A stretch of 58,050 bases of DNA from Lentisphaerota bacterium (lineage in GTDB: Bacteria > Verrucomicrobiota > Lentisphaeria > Victivallales > GWF2-38-69), in assembly GCA_037127655.1 (NCBI GenBank), contig JBAXXY010000002.1, positions 1-58,050 on the forward strand, written 5' to 3'. How positions within the stretch are numbered: position 1 is the first letter of the stretch; every line of letters starts with the position of its first letter. This document shows, piece after piece, positions 10,395 to 20,829 of the stretch. Both the position numbers and the translations under genes were made by a program. The notes below the pieces were generated by a model. It did not search any database. It had not been told where the DNA came from and was given only the letters and a program-made list of their open reading frames with translations.

Positions 10395-11681
10395 TTACTT
10401 AGCAATTTTTCTGCCTGTGGCATTTGCGATACTTTGAGCGGCCTTATCAAGAGCTGCTTTTGGGTCAGCATCTTTGGTAAGAACTTCAGCTACGGCAGTT
10501 ATCGAATACTGCTGAGCTTCAGCATAGTCTTTTGTGTAATAGGCAGGTTTGATATTAGGCACGATACTTGCAAAAAGCGCCCCTATTTTCTGGTTAGCGA
10601 AATACGGATCTGGCGAATCGAAGCTTGGTTCAGAATATGTAGGAGTATATGATGGGAAAAGATCGCACTGCTTGTACATAAGAAGCTGATTCTTTGAGTC
10701 GGCAAGAGCATTGCTCACAAAATCCCATGCCAACTCAGGGTTCTTGCACTGGGTAGTGATGGCAAGTGTTGAACCTCCTTCATTTGAAGCGCGGTTGCCG
10801 CCATCAGCCAATGCCGGCATCAAGACAACGCCCCATTTACCGGAAATCTCAGGAGCCTGATCTTTGAGTGTGCCTCCCCACCATACGCCTGTAACGCAGA
10901 CAGCAATAGTGCCATTCTTGGCTGCAAGTACAAAAGAGTCCCATGAATCGGTATTCAAGAGCAAGCCTTTTTGTTTTAAAGTCTTAATAATTGTCAGAGC
11001 TTTAACGGCTTCTGTCCCATTTATAGTTATTTCACCACCTTTATTAAAATAGAAAGTCCCCTGCTCATTCATTAGATCTCTAAACAAACCGTCATTTGCA
11101 GTATATGCAGTGCTTATGAGTTTGACCCCAGGATTGGCTTTCTGTATCTTGTCGCCTGCTGTCATTAAATCAGCCCAGGTATTTATCTTACTGGCGTCAA
11201 CACCGGCCTTCTCAAAGAAATCCCTGCGATAAAACATAGCGACCGGACCGGAGTCCCATGGGATAGAAACTATTTTACCGTCAATCTCGGACTGAGCCCA
11301 TTTTGATTGGTCAAAATCTTTGACTATCGCAGTTGCCTTGGCTGTCATGTCCCAAAAACCATCAGGAAAATTAGCCACATATCCAGGTATCCTGTCAGAT
11401 TCGATAATAACCACATCCGGTAGCCCTACTCCTGAAGCAAGCCCGACCGTAAGCTTGTCATAAAGATCGGACTTACCAAGGTCCTTGATGTCAACAGCGA
11501 CATCAGGATGAGCTTTATTGAAAGAATCAAGCGTAAGCTTGAGCGCTTTAGCGGTTATGTTCCATGACCACACTGTAAGAGTTTTTTGCGATTGGCCATT
11601 AGTCTTTTCTTCCTTCCCTCCGCATCCATACAGGAATGCTATTGAGAGAGCCAATAGGGCTTTTAATAGTTTGTTTTTCAT
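10395..11681 (-). CDS. extracellular sugar-binding lipoprotein of the ABC transporter (SBP family 1)
   Basis: Lipobox AFLYGC after a signal peptide. 428 aa with typical SBP_bac_1 layout, adjacent to the two permeases. Confidence 0.85.
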   Translation of the reverse strand: MKNKLLKALLALSIAFLYGCGGKEEKTNGQSQKTLTVWSWNITAKALKLTLDSFNKAHPDVAVDIKDLGKSDLYDKLTVGLASGVGLPDVVIIESDRIPGYVANFPDGFWDMTAKATAIVKDFDQSKWAQSEIDGKIVSIPWDSGPVAMFYRRDFFEKAGVDASKINTWADLMTAGDKIQKANPGVKLISTAYTANDGLFRDLMNEQGTFYFNKGGEITINGTEAVKALTIIKTLKQKGLLLNTDSWDSFVLAAKNGTIAVCVTGVWWGGTLKDQAPEISGKWGVVLMPALADGGNRASNEGGSTLAITTQCKNPELAWDFVSNALADSKNQLLMYKQCDLFPSYTPTYSEPSFDSPDPYFANQKIGALFASIVPNIKPAYYTKDYAEAQQYSITAVAEVLTKDADPKAALDKAAQSIANATGRKIAK

Positions 11682-11716
11682 GCATTTAACCTCATTTTAT
11701 TTTAATTTAGATTAGA

Positions 11717-13294
11717 TTAGTAAACTCCAACAAGTGTTACAATAGATTTAGCAGGTACTATGTATTGGGATGATAAAGATATTTCAGGTTTTGCTGAAAG
11801 ATTATCTGAGGAAGAAGTTATATATGGAGTCAGCTTTGATAGACTTCTTCCTTCTGGAATACCTTTTAAGTCAAATTTTATTTGGGCTTGAGAAGAAGAG
11901 CAGTTCACGAGAACGATAATTATCTTATGGTTTTTTGAATCTAGATAAGCAGAAGCCATCAATCCATTTACATCATCTGCGCCTGTGCAGTTTATTCTGA
12001 CAGAACCGGGGCGGATAAACTTGCTGTAGTTACCCAATCCCCACAGCATCTTCGATTCAAAAATAGTCTGGGCATCTCCAGAATTTACAAAATTTGTATA
12101 TATCAAACCGTCCTTGTAATCTTCCTTAGAAACGGCTGTCCACCAAATCCAGGCAGAAGCATTTGCTCTTGACAGGTCTCTATGGATAAGTCTTGTTATA
12201 TAGAGCGCAGGATCTATGCCTAAATCTCTTCCCGAACCATATCCTCCCATAATGCAGTATTCTGTCATCCAAAATCTTCCATTCTGAACATACTTGTCAA
12301 TGTTCTGCCTCAATAAGTCTTTGAGCTCTCCAAGTCTATCATCTCCCGTATTGCTGTAATCAGACCAGTAAGAGTGACATCCTATCTTTTTGCCAAGCTT
12401 GTGATTGAAACTCTGGTCCCCGATGAAATCCTTGATGTACTCTCTGTATTTACCCACACCCAATGAATTGGATCCACCAGTGTACTGGGCATTTCCGCTA
12501 AATTTCTTATAAGTGTCATTATCAAGCATTGCAGTCATTTCAACGCCTTCTACTCCATCAATTTCCACTTCTTTAGTGAGTCCTTTTTTCTCCAATTCAG
12601 CATAGAGAGCATCATAAACAGCTTTACAATCGTCATTATTGAAACGGCACCCTTCCTGATTGCTTCCATTCCAATCCCAGGTAGGTTCATTTATGGGGCT
12701 TATGTAATTAAAAGTAATTCCTTTTTCATTTTTGAAATGTTCTACTACATCAATAGCAAACTTGGCAAATTCAACATCATAATCTTTCTTCAGATTTGTA
12801 GAACCTACAGAAGAGTCACACTGAGCATGTCCATTTTTAGTCATCCAGACAGGCGGGCTATTGAAAAAAGCGACAAATTGATTAACCCCTCTTTCTTTGG
12901 CGCTCTCCAGAAACCACTGTTGACCAGATTGTTTTGTCCAGTCATAATTTCCGTCCTGAGTTTGTTTGAAGCATTCTACTCGGCGCCATGGATTAGTTAT
13001 AATGCTTACATCAGTAACAGCGCTTCCTGCTCCTACATTGAACCTCCATAAAGAAAGCCCGATACCGCTTGTTTCAGAAAAAAGAAGGTCGGCGACTTTG
13101 TTCTTGTTTTCCAAAGTCCAATATTTACCAAGAGGATCCATAGACCAGGCATCTGAAGCGCCAAAACCGTCAATCGTCTGATGAGTGATGCCGGCATTGA
13201 TATCAATGGTAGTTGTGTTTGCATTCATATTAAAACTCATACTCGCTGCAGCTAATGTGGCTACATATAAGGCTACATATTTTAGTTTTTTCAT
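11717..13294 (-). CDS. secreted glycoside hydrolase family 30
   Basis: Signal peptide, IDGFGASDAW near the N-terminus, ISPINEPTW (acid/base Glu) and WMTEYCI (nucleophile Glu). This pattern is characteristic of GH30. Confidence 0.75.
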   Translation of the reverse strand: MKKLKYVALYVATLAAASMSFNMNANTTTIDINAGITHQTIDGFGASDAWSMDPLGKYWTLENKNKVADLLFSETSGIGLSLWRFNVGAGSAVTDVSIITNPWRRVECFKQTQDGNYDWTKQSGQQWFLESAKERGVNQFVAFFNSPPVWMTKNGHAQCDSSVGSTNLKKDYDVEFAKFAIDVVEHFKNEKGITFNYISPINEPTWDWNGSNQEGCRFNNDDCKAVYDALYAELEKKGLTKEVEIDGVEGVEMTAMLDNDTYKKFSGNAQYTGGSNSLGVGKYREYIKDFIGDQSFNHKLGKKIGCHSYWSDYSNTGDDRLGELKDLLRQNIDKYVQNGRFWMTEYCIMGGYGSGRDLGIDPALYITRLIHRDLSRANASAWIWWTAVSKEDYKDGLIYTNFVNSGDAQTIFESKMLWGLGNYSKFIRPGSVRINCTGADDVNGLMASAYLDSKNHKIIIVLVNCSSSQAQIKFDLKGIPEGRSLSKLTPYITSSSDNLSAKPEISLSSQYIVPAKSIVTLVGVY

Positions 13295-13499
13295 TCGATA
13301 TATCTCCTTTTTTATTGCTCTTTAATCTGACAAAAATACTTGAGCGGCTTTAAAAAAAGCTTTCATTAAAAAAATCCCCTTTATTTTTGAATAAACATAC
13401 AACTTCATTTCATTTTAAAAGAGATTAGCAGATTTTCCACAGATTACGATGTTATTCTATCTATATGCTGTTTCTCAAAAAGGCAATATAGGTTTCTTA

Positions 13500-13527
13500 T
13501 TGTCTTTTAATCAGTAATGGATATAAT
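13500..13527 (+). promoter_or_regulatory. sigma70-like promoter (TTGTCT-N16-TATAAT)
   Basis: The -35 and -10 hexamers lie about 48 nt upstream of the 13575 start. AAGGAA Shine-Dalgarno before the ATG. Confidence 0.4.
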
Positions 13528-13574
13528 CTCATTTTATATTAGTATAAATTTTGGATCTTTAAAAAAGGAAACCT

Positions 13575-14762
13575 ATGAAAAAACTGACATTGTTTTTCGT
13601 AAGTACTTGGCTTTGTGTTATGCTTCATGGAGCCGAAAATAGCAAAAATGATAACAGCGCTAAATTATCAATTCCAATAACAAGTGAAACTGATTCACAA
13701 GGTAGTGAAGAAGTCGAACAACTAAAACCCGGAGAATGGACACCTCTCTTTGACCTTGGCTTTTGTCTTTTTCCGTCAATGATTGTATCAACAGCGACTA
13801 TTAACGTAACTACTGATAATGCTGATCAAATGCAGGAACGAATAGGCGAGTGGTGGGGCACTATAGGCATAGCTGTTTGCTCACCCCGTAAGGACTCTCC
13901 ACTAAAAGTGGAAATTTTTAGTAGTACATATATCAAACATTCTACTTTTAAAATAGTTCTTCCTGAAGCCAATGCCTTATATCTCATCTACCCACCTTTA
14001 AAGTACGAATATGAGAAGTTACTTCAGGTAGGGCAGACAACCCCTGAAGACCTTACCTATAAAGTCACTATAGATAATAAAGATCCTGAAGAGGAAGTTT
14101 TTAGGTTCCAGGTCAGACCGATAAATGACTGCATTTATTATTATGTCAATGCAGAAGGCGAAGACCTTGATGTCGGTTATTTTTTCGCCGCGTATGTAAA
14201 TGAAAACCATCCCGGGATTGAAAAAATCCTGCAGGAATGTCTGAAATCAGGAAAAGTTGAATCTTTTGCCGGCTACTCAGGAACTCCACATGAAGTTAAC
14301 TTGGAGATCAAGGCAATATGGGAAACTCTGGCTAAAAAGGGCATTCGCTACAGCTCTATAAATACTACCTCAGGTGAAGACGATGATTTATCCAGTCAGC
14401 ATGTAAGGCTATTGGGGGAAACTTTGACCAATACTCAGGCTAATTGCGTTGATGGCTCAGTTATGCTTGCATCTATACTTCGAAAAATAGGCTTGAATGT
14501 CAGTCTGGTTTTGATCCCGGGTCACATGTTAATATCTGTGAACCTGGATGAAGATGGTAAAAATCATATTTGTATTGAGACAACCATGATGGGCACTTCC
14601 TCTTTTGAAGATGCAGTAGAAGAAGGAAATCAGGAGTACGCCGAGAGCGAAAAGAAATTAAATTCAGATACAGATGATAATGGAGACTACCAGTTAATTA
14701 ATATTGCATTTGCCCGCCGCATAGGGATAATGCCGATTAAAGAGCTTTCAAAAACCAATTAG
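13575..14762 (+). CDS. secreted transglutaminase-like (papain-fold) protein
   Basis: Signal peptide. C-terminal core NCVDGSVMLASILRKIGL...LIPGHMLISV...ICIETT gives a Cys-His-acidic arrangement as in transglutaminase-like cysteine peptidases. Confidence 0.55.
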   Translation: MKKLTLFFVSTWLCVMLHGAENSKNDNSAKLSIPITSETDSQGSEEVEQLKPGEWTPLFDLGFCLFPSMIVSTATINVTTDNADQMQERIGEWWGTIGIAVCSPRKDSPLKVEIFSSTYIKHSTFKIVLPEANALYLIYPPLKYEYEKLLQVGQTTPEDLTYKVTIDNKDPEEEVFRFQVRPINDCIYYYVNAEGEDLDVGYFFAAYVNENHPGIEKILQECLKSGKVESFAGYSGTPHEVNLEIKAIWETLAKKGIRYSSINTTSGEDDDLSSQHVRLLGETLTNTQANCVDGSVMLASILRKIGLNVSLVLIPGHMLISVNLDEDGKNHICIETTMMGTSSFEDAVEEGNQEYAESEKKLNSDTDDNGDYQLINIAFARRIGIMPIKELSKTN

Positions 14763-14777
14763 AATCGGAGGAGAGAA

Positions 14778-16754
14778 ATGAACTTTGTAAAAAAAATCAG
14801 TGTCTTTCTAACTATTTTAGCATGTGTTCTTACATGTACTTACTCCCTTGCAGACAGCAAAAAAACTGCAGAATACACCTTGGTAATTTATCTAAACGGG
14901 TCAGATCTTGAAAGCAAAGACTCGGAAGCAACCGATGCTTTAAAGATACTCATGGAATCAAAATTCAAAGATGACAAACTCAATATCATAATTATTACTG
15001 GCGGTACAAAAAAATGGCATCTTAAAAAGCCTACTATCAGTAACAAACAATGCCAGGCATGGCGCATATATGGCGAATCTGAGGACAGTATTGAATTAGT
15101 AAAGGAAACAGATCCCAGCATGAAAATGATGGATAAGAATACTCTTTCTACTTATATGGAATGGGCTATTAAAGAGTATCCTGCAAAAAAGTATGTTTTA
15201 ATGATGTGGGATCACGGCGCAGGACCTATTGGTGGATTTGGCAGTGATGAACTCAATAAAGGCAAATCCTTAAGTATAACAGATATTCGCGAATCACTTA
15301 AAAAATCATTAGGAGAAAAGAAGCTTGAATTGCTGATCTTCGGTTGTTGCCTTATGGGCAACATGGAGACAGCATACAAAGTAAAAGATAACGCTAGATA
15401 TATGGTTGCTTCAGAAGAACTAGCGTATGGAGATTTCGATAAGGATTTTATAGAGAAACTTGATGCCAAGCCTTCTATGTCTGGAAATGAATTGGGTAAA
15501 TTATACATTGATTCCCATTTTAAAAATTATGAAAAAGGCCGGTTCTACACTTTTTCATTGCTGGATTTGTCAAAAATAGAGCAAATTAAACAAAACTGGG
15601 AAGTCATTATCAAAGAGTTGACTGAGAAGCTGAAAGAGAAACATGATAAGGCCGGTTTTTATATGTATCGTTTTCTGGCGATAGCCAGAGCTTATTCCGA
15701 ATCTTATGATTCATTTTCAAGAGAAACAGACGGTCTTGTAGATATGTCCGACCTGGCAATGAACATCATGGCAATATGCAAAATCAATACCGATGAGTTG
15801 AGGCGCTCAATAGGAAATGCTGTTTTATACAACAAGACAGGAAACAGGTCTGATTCCAAAGGTTTATCAATATTTTTCATTGACCGTAAATTGGAAGAAG
15901 CGCTGGGACTTGAAGATAATTTACAGAAGTATAGTCAAAGTAGTTTTTCAAAAGGATATTATGACTTTATCACTAATTACTATAATAAGCTTTTTGTCCA
16001 GGATCCGACAATACTCATTGGAGACATAACTTTTACCCAAAGAGCTATAACAGACTTGAATCCTTACTCTTACCCGCCTAAATATCTTATTAAAATAGAT
16101 GAACCAGATGCTGTCCTTGTTAATCAAATATTTTTTGTAATTGGCAAACTGGAAGGAGATAATAATAATTTCAAAGCATTGAGCATTGATAAGGATATTT
16201 CCTTAAACGAAGGAGGCAGTATATCCGCTGTTGTGACCGGAAAACAGTACTGCGTCGATGGGGAACCTATTCCTATATATTGGGAAGGTGACATACTCAG
16301 GCCCAAAAAACCCGGCGATTCCCCATTGGGTTTCTTTGCCATAAAGCATAAAGATGAAATAAAATTCCTTGCTGTTAAAGAATTAGTAAACACTAAAGAT
16401 TCATCTAAAAATACAGCCCAGATAATCGGTATGTGGAACAGTAAAGACTATAACGGCAATATAGTCCCTTCAATAAGTTCGCTTAACGATCCTCCAACTA
16501 AAGGGGAAAAAATCACTATTTTGTACAAGATTCTTGGTAAATATGTAGATGGATCCGAAGTGACTCTTGGCAATTACAATTTATCTAAGTCATCCCTTGA
16601 AAGCGGCGAATATGTCGGGGCCTTCTATATAGAGGATATAATAGGCCGTAAAATGTGGTCTTACCGTAAGGCTTTTAAAATTGATAATAATATCGAGATT
16701 AAAGACTCTAAAAAACAAACATCAGATGTTATGTCAGACAATCAGGCTTTATAG
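14778..16754 (+). CDS. clostripain-family (C11) cysteine peptidase with long C-terminal extension
   Basis: Signal or lipoprotein leader. Catalytic-dyad context MMWDHGAGPIGGFG (His) and LLIFGCCLMGNMETAY (Cys) is typical of peptidase C11. Confidence 0.7.
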   Translation: MNFVKKISVFLTILACVLTCTYSLADSKKTAEYTLVIYLNGSDLESKDSEATDALKILMESKFKDDKLNIIIITGGTKKWHLKKPTISNKQCQAWRIYGESEDSIELVKETDPSMKMMDKNTLSTYMEWAIKEYPAKKYVLMMWDHGAGPIGGFGSDELNKGKSLSITDIRESLKKSLGEKKLELLIFGCCLMGNMETAYKVKDNARYMVASEELAYGDFDKDFIEKLDAKPSMSGNELGKLYIDSHFKNYEKGRFYTFSLLDLSKIEQIKQNWEVIIKELTEKLKEKHDKAGFYMYRFLAIARAYSESYDSFSRETDGLVDMSDLAMNIMAICKINTDELRRSIGNAVLYNKTGNRSDSKGLSIFFIDRKLEEALGLEDNLQKYSQSSFSKGYYDFITNYYNKLFVQDPTILIGDITFTQRAITDLNPYSYPPKYLIKIDEPDAVLVNQIFFVIGKLEGDNNNFKALSIDKDISLNEGGSISAVVTGKQYCVDGEPIPIYWEGDILRPKKPGDSPLGFFAIKHKDEIKFLAVKELVNTKDSSKNTAQIIGMWNSKDYNGNIVPSISSLNDPPTKGEKITILYKILGKYVDGSEVTLGNYNLSKSSLESGEYVGAFYIEDIIGRKMWSYRKAFKIDNNIEIKDSKKQTSDVMSDNQAL

Positions 16755-16845
16755 ATCAAAAACCTTATACACTAGAATTTAGTAAATGAGTTAAGTTCAG
16801 TAAATATAAATTTACGAAAACAACTACAAAATATCGGGTCTCAAT

Positions 16846-18120
16846 ATGAAATATGATGTTGTCATTATCGGTTCAGGTCCGGCAGGACTTGGCGCTGCAT
16901 TTCAGTTAGTTGATCAGAAGAACAGTCTAAAAATTCTTATGCTGGATAAGGAAAGGATCTGCTCAGGCGGACTTCTCAATGACTGCAAGCAAAACTACAC
17001 CTACCCTATTGGTTTTACTGAAGAGTACTGGACTGTCAAGGAAGCCGAAAGGATGCTAGAAATAACAGAGCATCACCTTAAACCGAATTTTATGTCGAAA
17101 ACTGACTTGGAAAAATACCAGAAACGAGCAGAAAAAGTTTCAAGCAAACTCGTTAATATAAAGCAGTCCCATGTAGGCACAGACAAAAGCAAGTTTTTAA
17201 TAGACGGCTTATTAGATATTCTCAGAAGCAAAGGGGTAGAAATCAGGCTCAAAACTGAAGCTAAATCTGATATTGACGCCGCCAAGAAAGTTCTCCATCT
17301 GGAAGACGGAACTAGTATTACTTACAATAAGCTTGTCTTAGCCCCGGGACGAAAAGGTTTTTCATTCCTTCAGGATGTAATGAACTATCTGGAAATTAAA
17401 TACATAGACAATACTCTTGATGTAGGAATCAGAGTCGAAACTAGACTTGAGCACTACCCGATTGTAAAGGATTATTACGACCCGAAATTCTATTTCCCTG
17501 GTAAAGTAAGAACTTTCTGTACAAACTCAGGTTTTGCATTAGTTGTTAAGGAGAATTATCATCATTTTCATCTTGTCAATGGTCATGCTCTCTCATCTGA
17601 TAAAGGCAAAAACGGGCTGGTCAATTTCGCTATGCTCAAATCCATAGGGCTTGAAGCTCCAGTAAGAAGCGGTCAGCAGATGGCTGTCTTCCTTGCTAGA
17701 CTGGCAAATGAAATTGGTGGGGGCAAACCCATTATGCAGAGAGTTGGAGACTTTAGAGCTGGCAAAAGATCAAGAGCCGAGTCGTTTAATCATGACCTCT
17801 ATGACTTTGAACCTACCTGCGATTGTTGCGCAGGTGATTTGGGACTTACAGTCCCATCAAAGATAATGAGAGATATCTGGCGTTCAATGAAGCTTCTCGA
17901 CAGTATTATGCCGGGACTCTTGCATCCCTCTACTATCATGTACTATCCAGAAATAAAGATGTATGCCAATAAGCCAGAATTCATAGACGAGCATTTCGCC
18001 GCGACAGATGATATTTACCTTATCGGTGATGGAGCAGGCACATCAAGAGGAATTACTGGAGCCTGGGCAAGTGGCATCAGGGCCGCCGAAGGAATAATTA
18101 AAAGATTAAATATCAGATAA
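16846..18120 (+). CDS. FAD-dependent oxidoreductase (COG2509-like)
   Basis: N-terminal dinucleotide fold YDVVIIGSGPAGLGAAF and C-terminal GDGAGTSRGI motif. Confidence 0.7.
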   Translation: MKYDVVIIGSGPAGLGAAFQLVDQKNSLKILMLDKERICSGGLLNDCKQNYTYPIGFTEEYWTVKEAERMLEITEHHLKPNFMSKTDLEKYQKRAEKVSSKLVNIKQSHVGTDKSKFLIDGLLDILRSKGVEIRLKTEAKSDIDAAKKVLHLEDGTSITYNKLVLAPGRKGFSFLQDVMNYLEIKYIDNTLDVGIRVETRLEHYPIVKDYYDPKFYFPGKVRTFCTNSGFALVVKENYHHFHLVNGHALSSDKGKNGLVNFAMLKSIGLEAPVRSGQQMAVFLARLANEIGGGKPIMQRVGDFRAGKRSRAESFNHDLYDFEPTCDCCAGDLGLTVPSKIMRDIWRSMKLLDSIMPGLLHPSTIMYYPEIKMYANKPEFIDEHFAATDDIYLIGDGAGTSRGITGAWASGIRAAEGIIKRLNIR

Positions 18121-18125
18121 TCAAT

Positions 18126-18692
18126 ATGAAAAACAACACACCTTATACACCTGAACAGCAAAAGTTTTTACTGGATTTAGTCAAAAACACTATAAGAAAT
18201 AAACTTCATGGGGTTTCTCCAACCAAGAATAAGGACAAAGTTCCTGACTTTCTCTCTGGAACTCAATCGTGCTTTGTTACACTTCACACAAAGGATGGAA
18301 ATTTAAGAGGCTGTATCGGAAATATAATGGCATTTGAGCCTCTTTATGACAACATCGTTCACAATGCTTTCAATTCGGCCTTCAGAGATCCAAGATTTGC
18401 ACCTGTTTCCAGTGAGGAAGAGTTCGATACTTTAAGAGTTGAGATTTCTATTCTCACGCCAATGAAAACTGTTAACTCCTACAAGGAAATTAAGATCGGG
18501 ACTCACGGTGTTACATTCAAGTTAGGAAGATACTCATCAGTTTTTCTGCCTCAGGTAGCGCCTGAGCAAGGCTGGACTCTGGAAGAAACTCTAACTCACC
18601 TGAGTATGAAAGCAGGACTTGGGCCCGATGCATGGAAACATATAGACGCCAAATTCGAAGTCTTTGAAGCGCTCATTATCTCCGAAGAATAA
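18126..18692 (+). CDS. AMMECR1 domain protein
   Basis: CFVTLH...LRGCIG motif and RDPRF, the diagnostic AMMECR1 core. Confidence 0.85.
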   Translation: MKNNTPYTPEQQKFLLDLVKNTIRNKLHGVSPTKNKDKVPDFLSGTQSCFVTLHTKDGNLRGCIGNIMAFEPLYDNIVHNAFNSAFRDPRFAPVSSEEEFDTLRVEISILTPMKTVNSYKEIKIGTHGVTFKLGRYSSVFLPQVAPEQGWTLEETLTHLSMKAGLGPDAWKHIDAKFEVFEALIISEE

Positions 18693-18748
18693 ACCTTGCA
18701 AATAGTTCCTTACTCTTAGAGATTGTTTCATTCAGAATGAAATAAAAT

Positions 18749-18776
18749 TTGATTTGTTCAGAAAATCGGTTAATAT
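18749..18776 (+). promoter_or_regulatory. candidate promoter (TTGATT-N16-TAATAT)
   Basis: Hexamers about 53 nt upstream of the 18830 ATG. Follows a small hairpin (TTTCATT-cag-AATGAAA) after the AMMECR1 gene. Confidence 0.35.
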
Positions 18777-18829
18777 CTTGCAGTGGTTTCAGCAAACTAT
18801 TTTGATTAATAACCCAATATTATAAAAGT

Positions 18830-20044
18830 ATGAAAATATTCCATAAGCTTCTATTGTCGAGTTTTTTCCTCTTTTTAACTACTTACATCTCAGCTGTATC
18901 TGTTACTGTTACAGGAAGCGCTGAGGGCAACCCTGACAAAGCTGGCGAGTTAGCATTAGCTGAGGCCCTGAGAAATGCCGTAAGGGAAGGCGCAGGTGTA
19001 GATGTAATGAGCGAATCTAAAGTTTCTAATTTTCAGGCTGATTATGACATAGTTATGACCTCTTCTTTCGGCTATATCGAAAGTTATAAAATTCTAGAAC
19101 AGAAATATGACAAAACCACTTCGATTTACACGATAAAATTACAGGCCGAAGTAGGGAAAAGCGCGCCTTCTATGGATAAGATAATGGCCTTGAGAATGCT
19201 GGTCAAGAGAATGGATTCTCCCCGCGTAATGGTTCTATGCAAAGAAAAAATCAAAGGATTAGAAGAATCTGATTCATCAATGGCTGCAGGAGTTATTGAA
19301 GAGATAACGCAAAACAACGGATTTGAACTTTTTAATAAGGAAGCCATTGACGAGCAGACATCCAAAGAGGCATCAAGAGCCGAGATTCTCGGAGATACTT
19401 TGGATGCGAAAGCAAAGTCAGGGGGCATTACTTCTACTTCCGACTTTAAAATTATAGCTGACATCAAAGGTTCAGTCGGAAAACTTAAAGAGCCGTTCCC
19501 GGAAGTTTTCGTAAGAGATACAGCTATCGGAATTGACCTCAAAGCGCTTTGGACGGATACAGGCGAAGTCATAGCGACAGTTTCGATACCTACAAAAAAC
19601 TTTAAAGGTGAAGCAAATATGAATCTTCCTTATGATATGCCGGATCAGCTTATAAGGCATTATCTAACAATTGTTCTTCAGGGAACAGAGAAAGGTACTG
19701 AAAATAAAGATGTTTACAGGCTGTTTTCGAAAATAATATCTAAATGGATAACGGAGCTTGATTTAGGCGCAAAGATTAAGCTTGAATTCAAAGCCATTGA
19801 TAAAAATCAGCTTGACAACCTGATTGCAAAACTCAAAGATGTTAACGGTGTTACATACGCCTGGAGAAGAGAGTATGACAAAAGACTCTTTTCGATTGTA
19901 GAAGTAGAAACCAGACTAACTTCATCACAACTTGAAAGCGAAATCATAAAGATTCTGGATTCAAATGATGATGCTAACAAGGCTAAGTACGAAGTTGACC
20001 AAGCCACAAAGAGAAGTTTGCGTTTTATTCCTGTGAAAGATTAA
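18830..20044 (+). CDS. secreted envelope protein of unknown function (LPP20/FlgT-N-like N-terminal domain)
   Basis: Signal peptide. The N-terminal segment VTGSAEG...AGELALAEALRNAVREGAGVDV resembles LPP20/FlgT-type domains. The rest has no recognisable motif. Confidence 0.4.
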   Translation: MKIFHKLLLSSFFLFLTTYISAVSVTVTGSAEGNPDKAGELALAEALRNAVREGAGVDVMSESKVSNFQADYDIVMTSSFGYIESYKILEQKYDKTTSIYTIKLQAEVGKSAPSMDKIMALRMLVKRMDSPRVMVLCKEKIKGLEESDSSMAAGVIEEITQNNGFELFNKEAIDEQTSKEASRAEILGDTLDAKAKSGGITSTSDFKIIADIKGSVGKLKEPFPEVFVRDTAIGIDLKALWTDTGEVIATVSIPTKNFKGEANMNLPYDMPDQLIRHYLTIVLQGTEKGTENKDVYRLFSKIISKWITELDLGAKIKLEFKAIDKNQLDNLIAKLKDVNGVTYAWRREYDKRLFSIVEVETRLTSSQLESEIIKILDSNDDANKAKYEVDQATKRSLRFIPVKD

Positions 20045-20091
20045 ATAAAATTAATAAATGATAAATATTAACTTAAATATTTGGAGGCCTA

Positions 20092-20457
20092 ATGTTAAAA
20101 CGAATTACTAAATGGTCGGGAATTGTTGTCGCGGCTAGTCTGATTGCCGGCTGCATTACAGGACCGGGAGGTTTGGCTCCGTCAACCATTCCTATCACGG
20201 CAAATGACACTTACACAGTAGTTAAGCATGACGCTATTGGAGTTGACACATCATTTTCTATTCTATTCATTCCGGTAACTCCTTCATGTAGTGCTTACCA
20301 GGCATTGATGGATGCAAAAGAAGAGACCGGGGCTGATGCACTCATAAATGTCACGGGTGAAAATAAGAGCGTATATCTCTTTATTGTTAACTGGCAGAAG
20401 ATGAAAATCCGCGGAGATGCCATAAAGTTCCAACAAGCCGGCTCTGTGCTGGAATAA
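20092..20457 (+). CDS. small lipoprotein, paralogue A
   Basis: Lipobox LIAGC. The mature part (STIPITANDTYTVV...GADALINV...) is homologous to the next ORF. Confidence 0.6.
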   Translation: MLKRITKWSGIVVAASLIAGCITGPGGLAPSTIPITANDTYTVVKHDAIGVDTSFSILFIPVTPSCSAYQALMDAKEETGADALINVTGENKSVYLFIVNWQKMKIRGDAIKFQQAGSVLE

Positions 20458-20472
20458 AAAGGAAGGTTTAAT

Positions 20473-20829
20473 ATGATTAGATTTTTATTAGTTTCATTTT
20501 TTGCAGCTTTTCTTGTGTTGTTGGTTGGCTGTTCGAGTATGACATCTATTTCTCCCTCAACATCGCCTATCACAGAAAAGGACACCTACACGAAACTTAA
20601 AGAAACTTCCGGTACATGTTACGATTACCAGATATTCTTCATACCATTCTTTACCAATGACCCTGTGGGCGTAGCCAGAAACAAAGCTATCAAGAATGGT
20701 GGGGGCAATGCTCTTGTAGAAGTAGTTGTACAACAGACTTCATTATATATCCTCGTTTATAATGCCTATTGGACAACAGTTGAAGGCACAGCCGTAACAA
20801 TTGAACGCAAAGGAACAGAAATCGAATGA
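20473..20829 (+). CDS. small lipoprotein, paralogue B
   Basis: Lipobox LLVGC. STSPITEKDTYTKL...GGNALVEV... parallels the preceding ORF. Confidence 0.6.
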   Translation: MIRFLLVSFFAAFLVLLVGCSSMTSISPSTSPITEKDTYTKLKETSGTCYDYQIFFIPFFTNDPVGVARNKAIKNGGGNALVEVVVQQTSLYILVYNAYWTTVEGTAVTIERKGTEIE

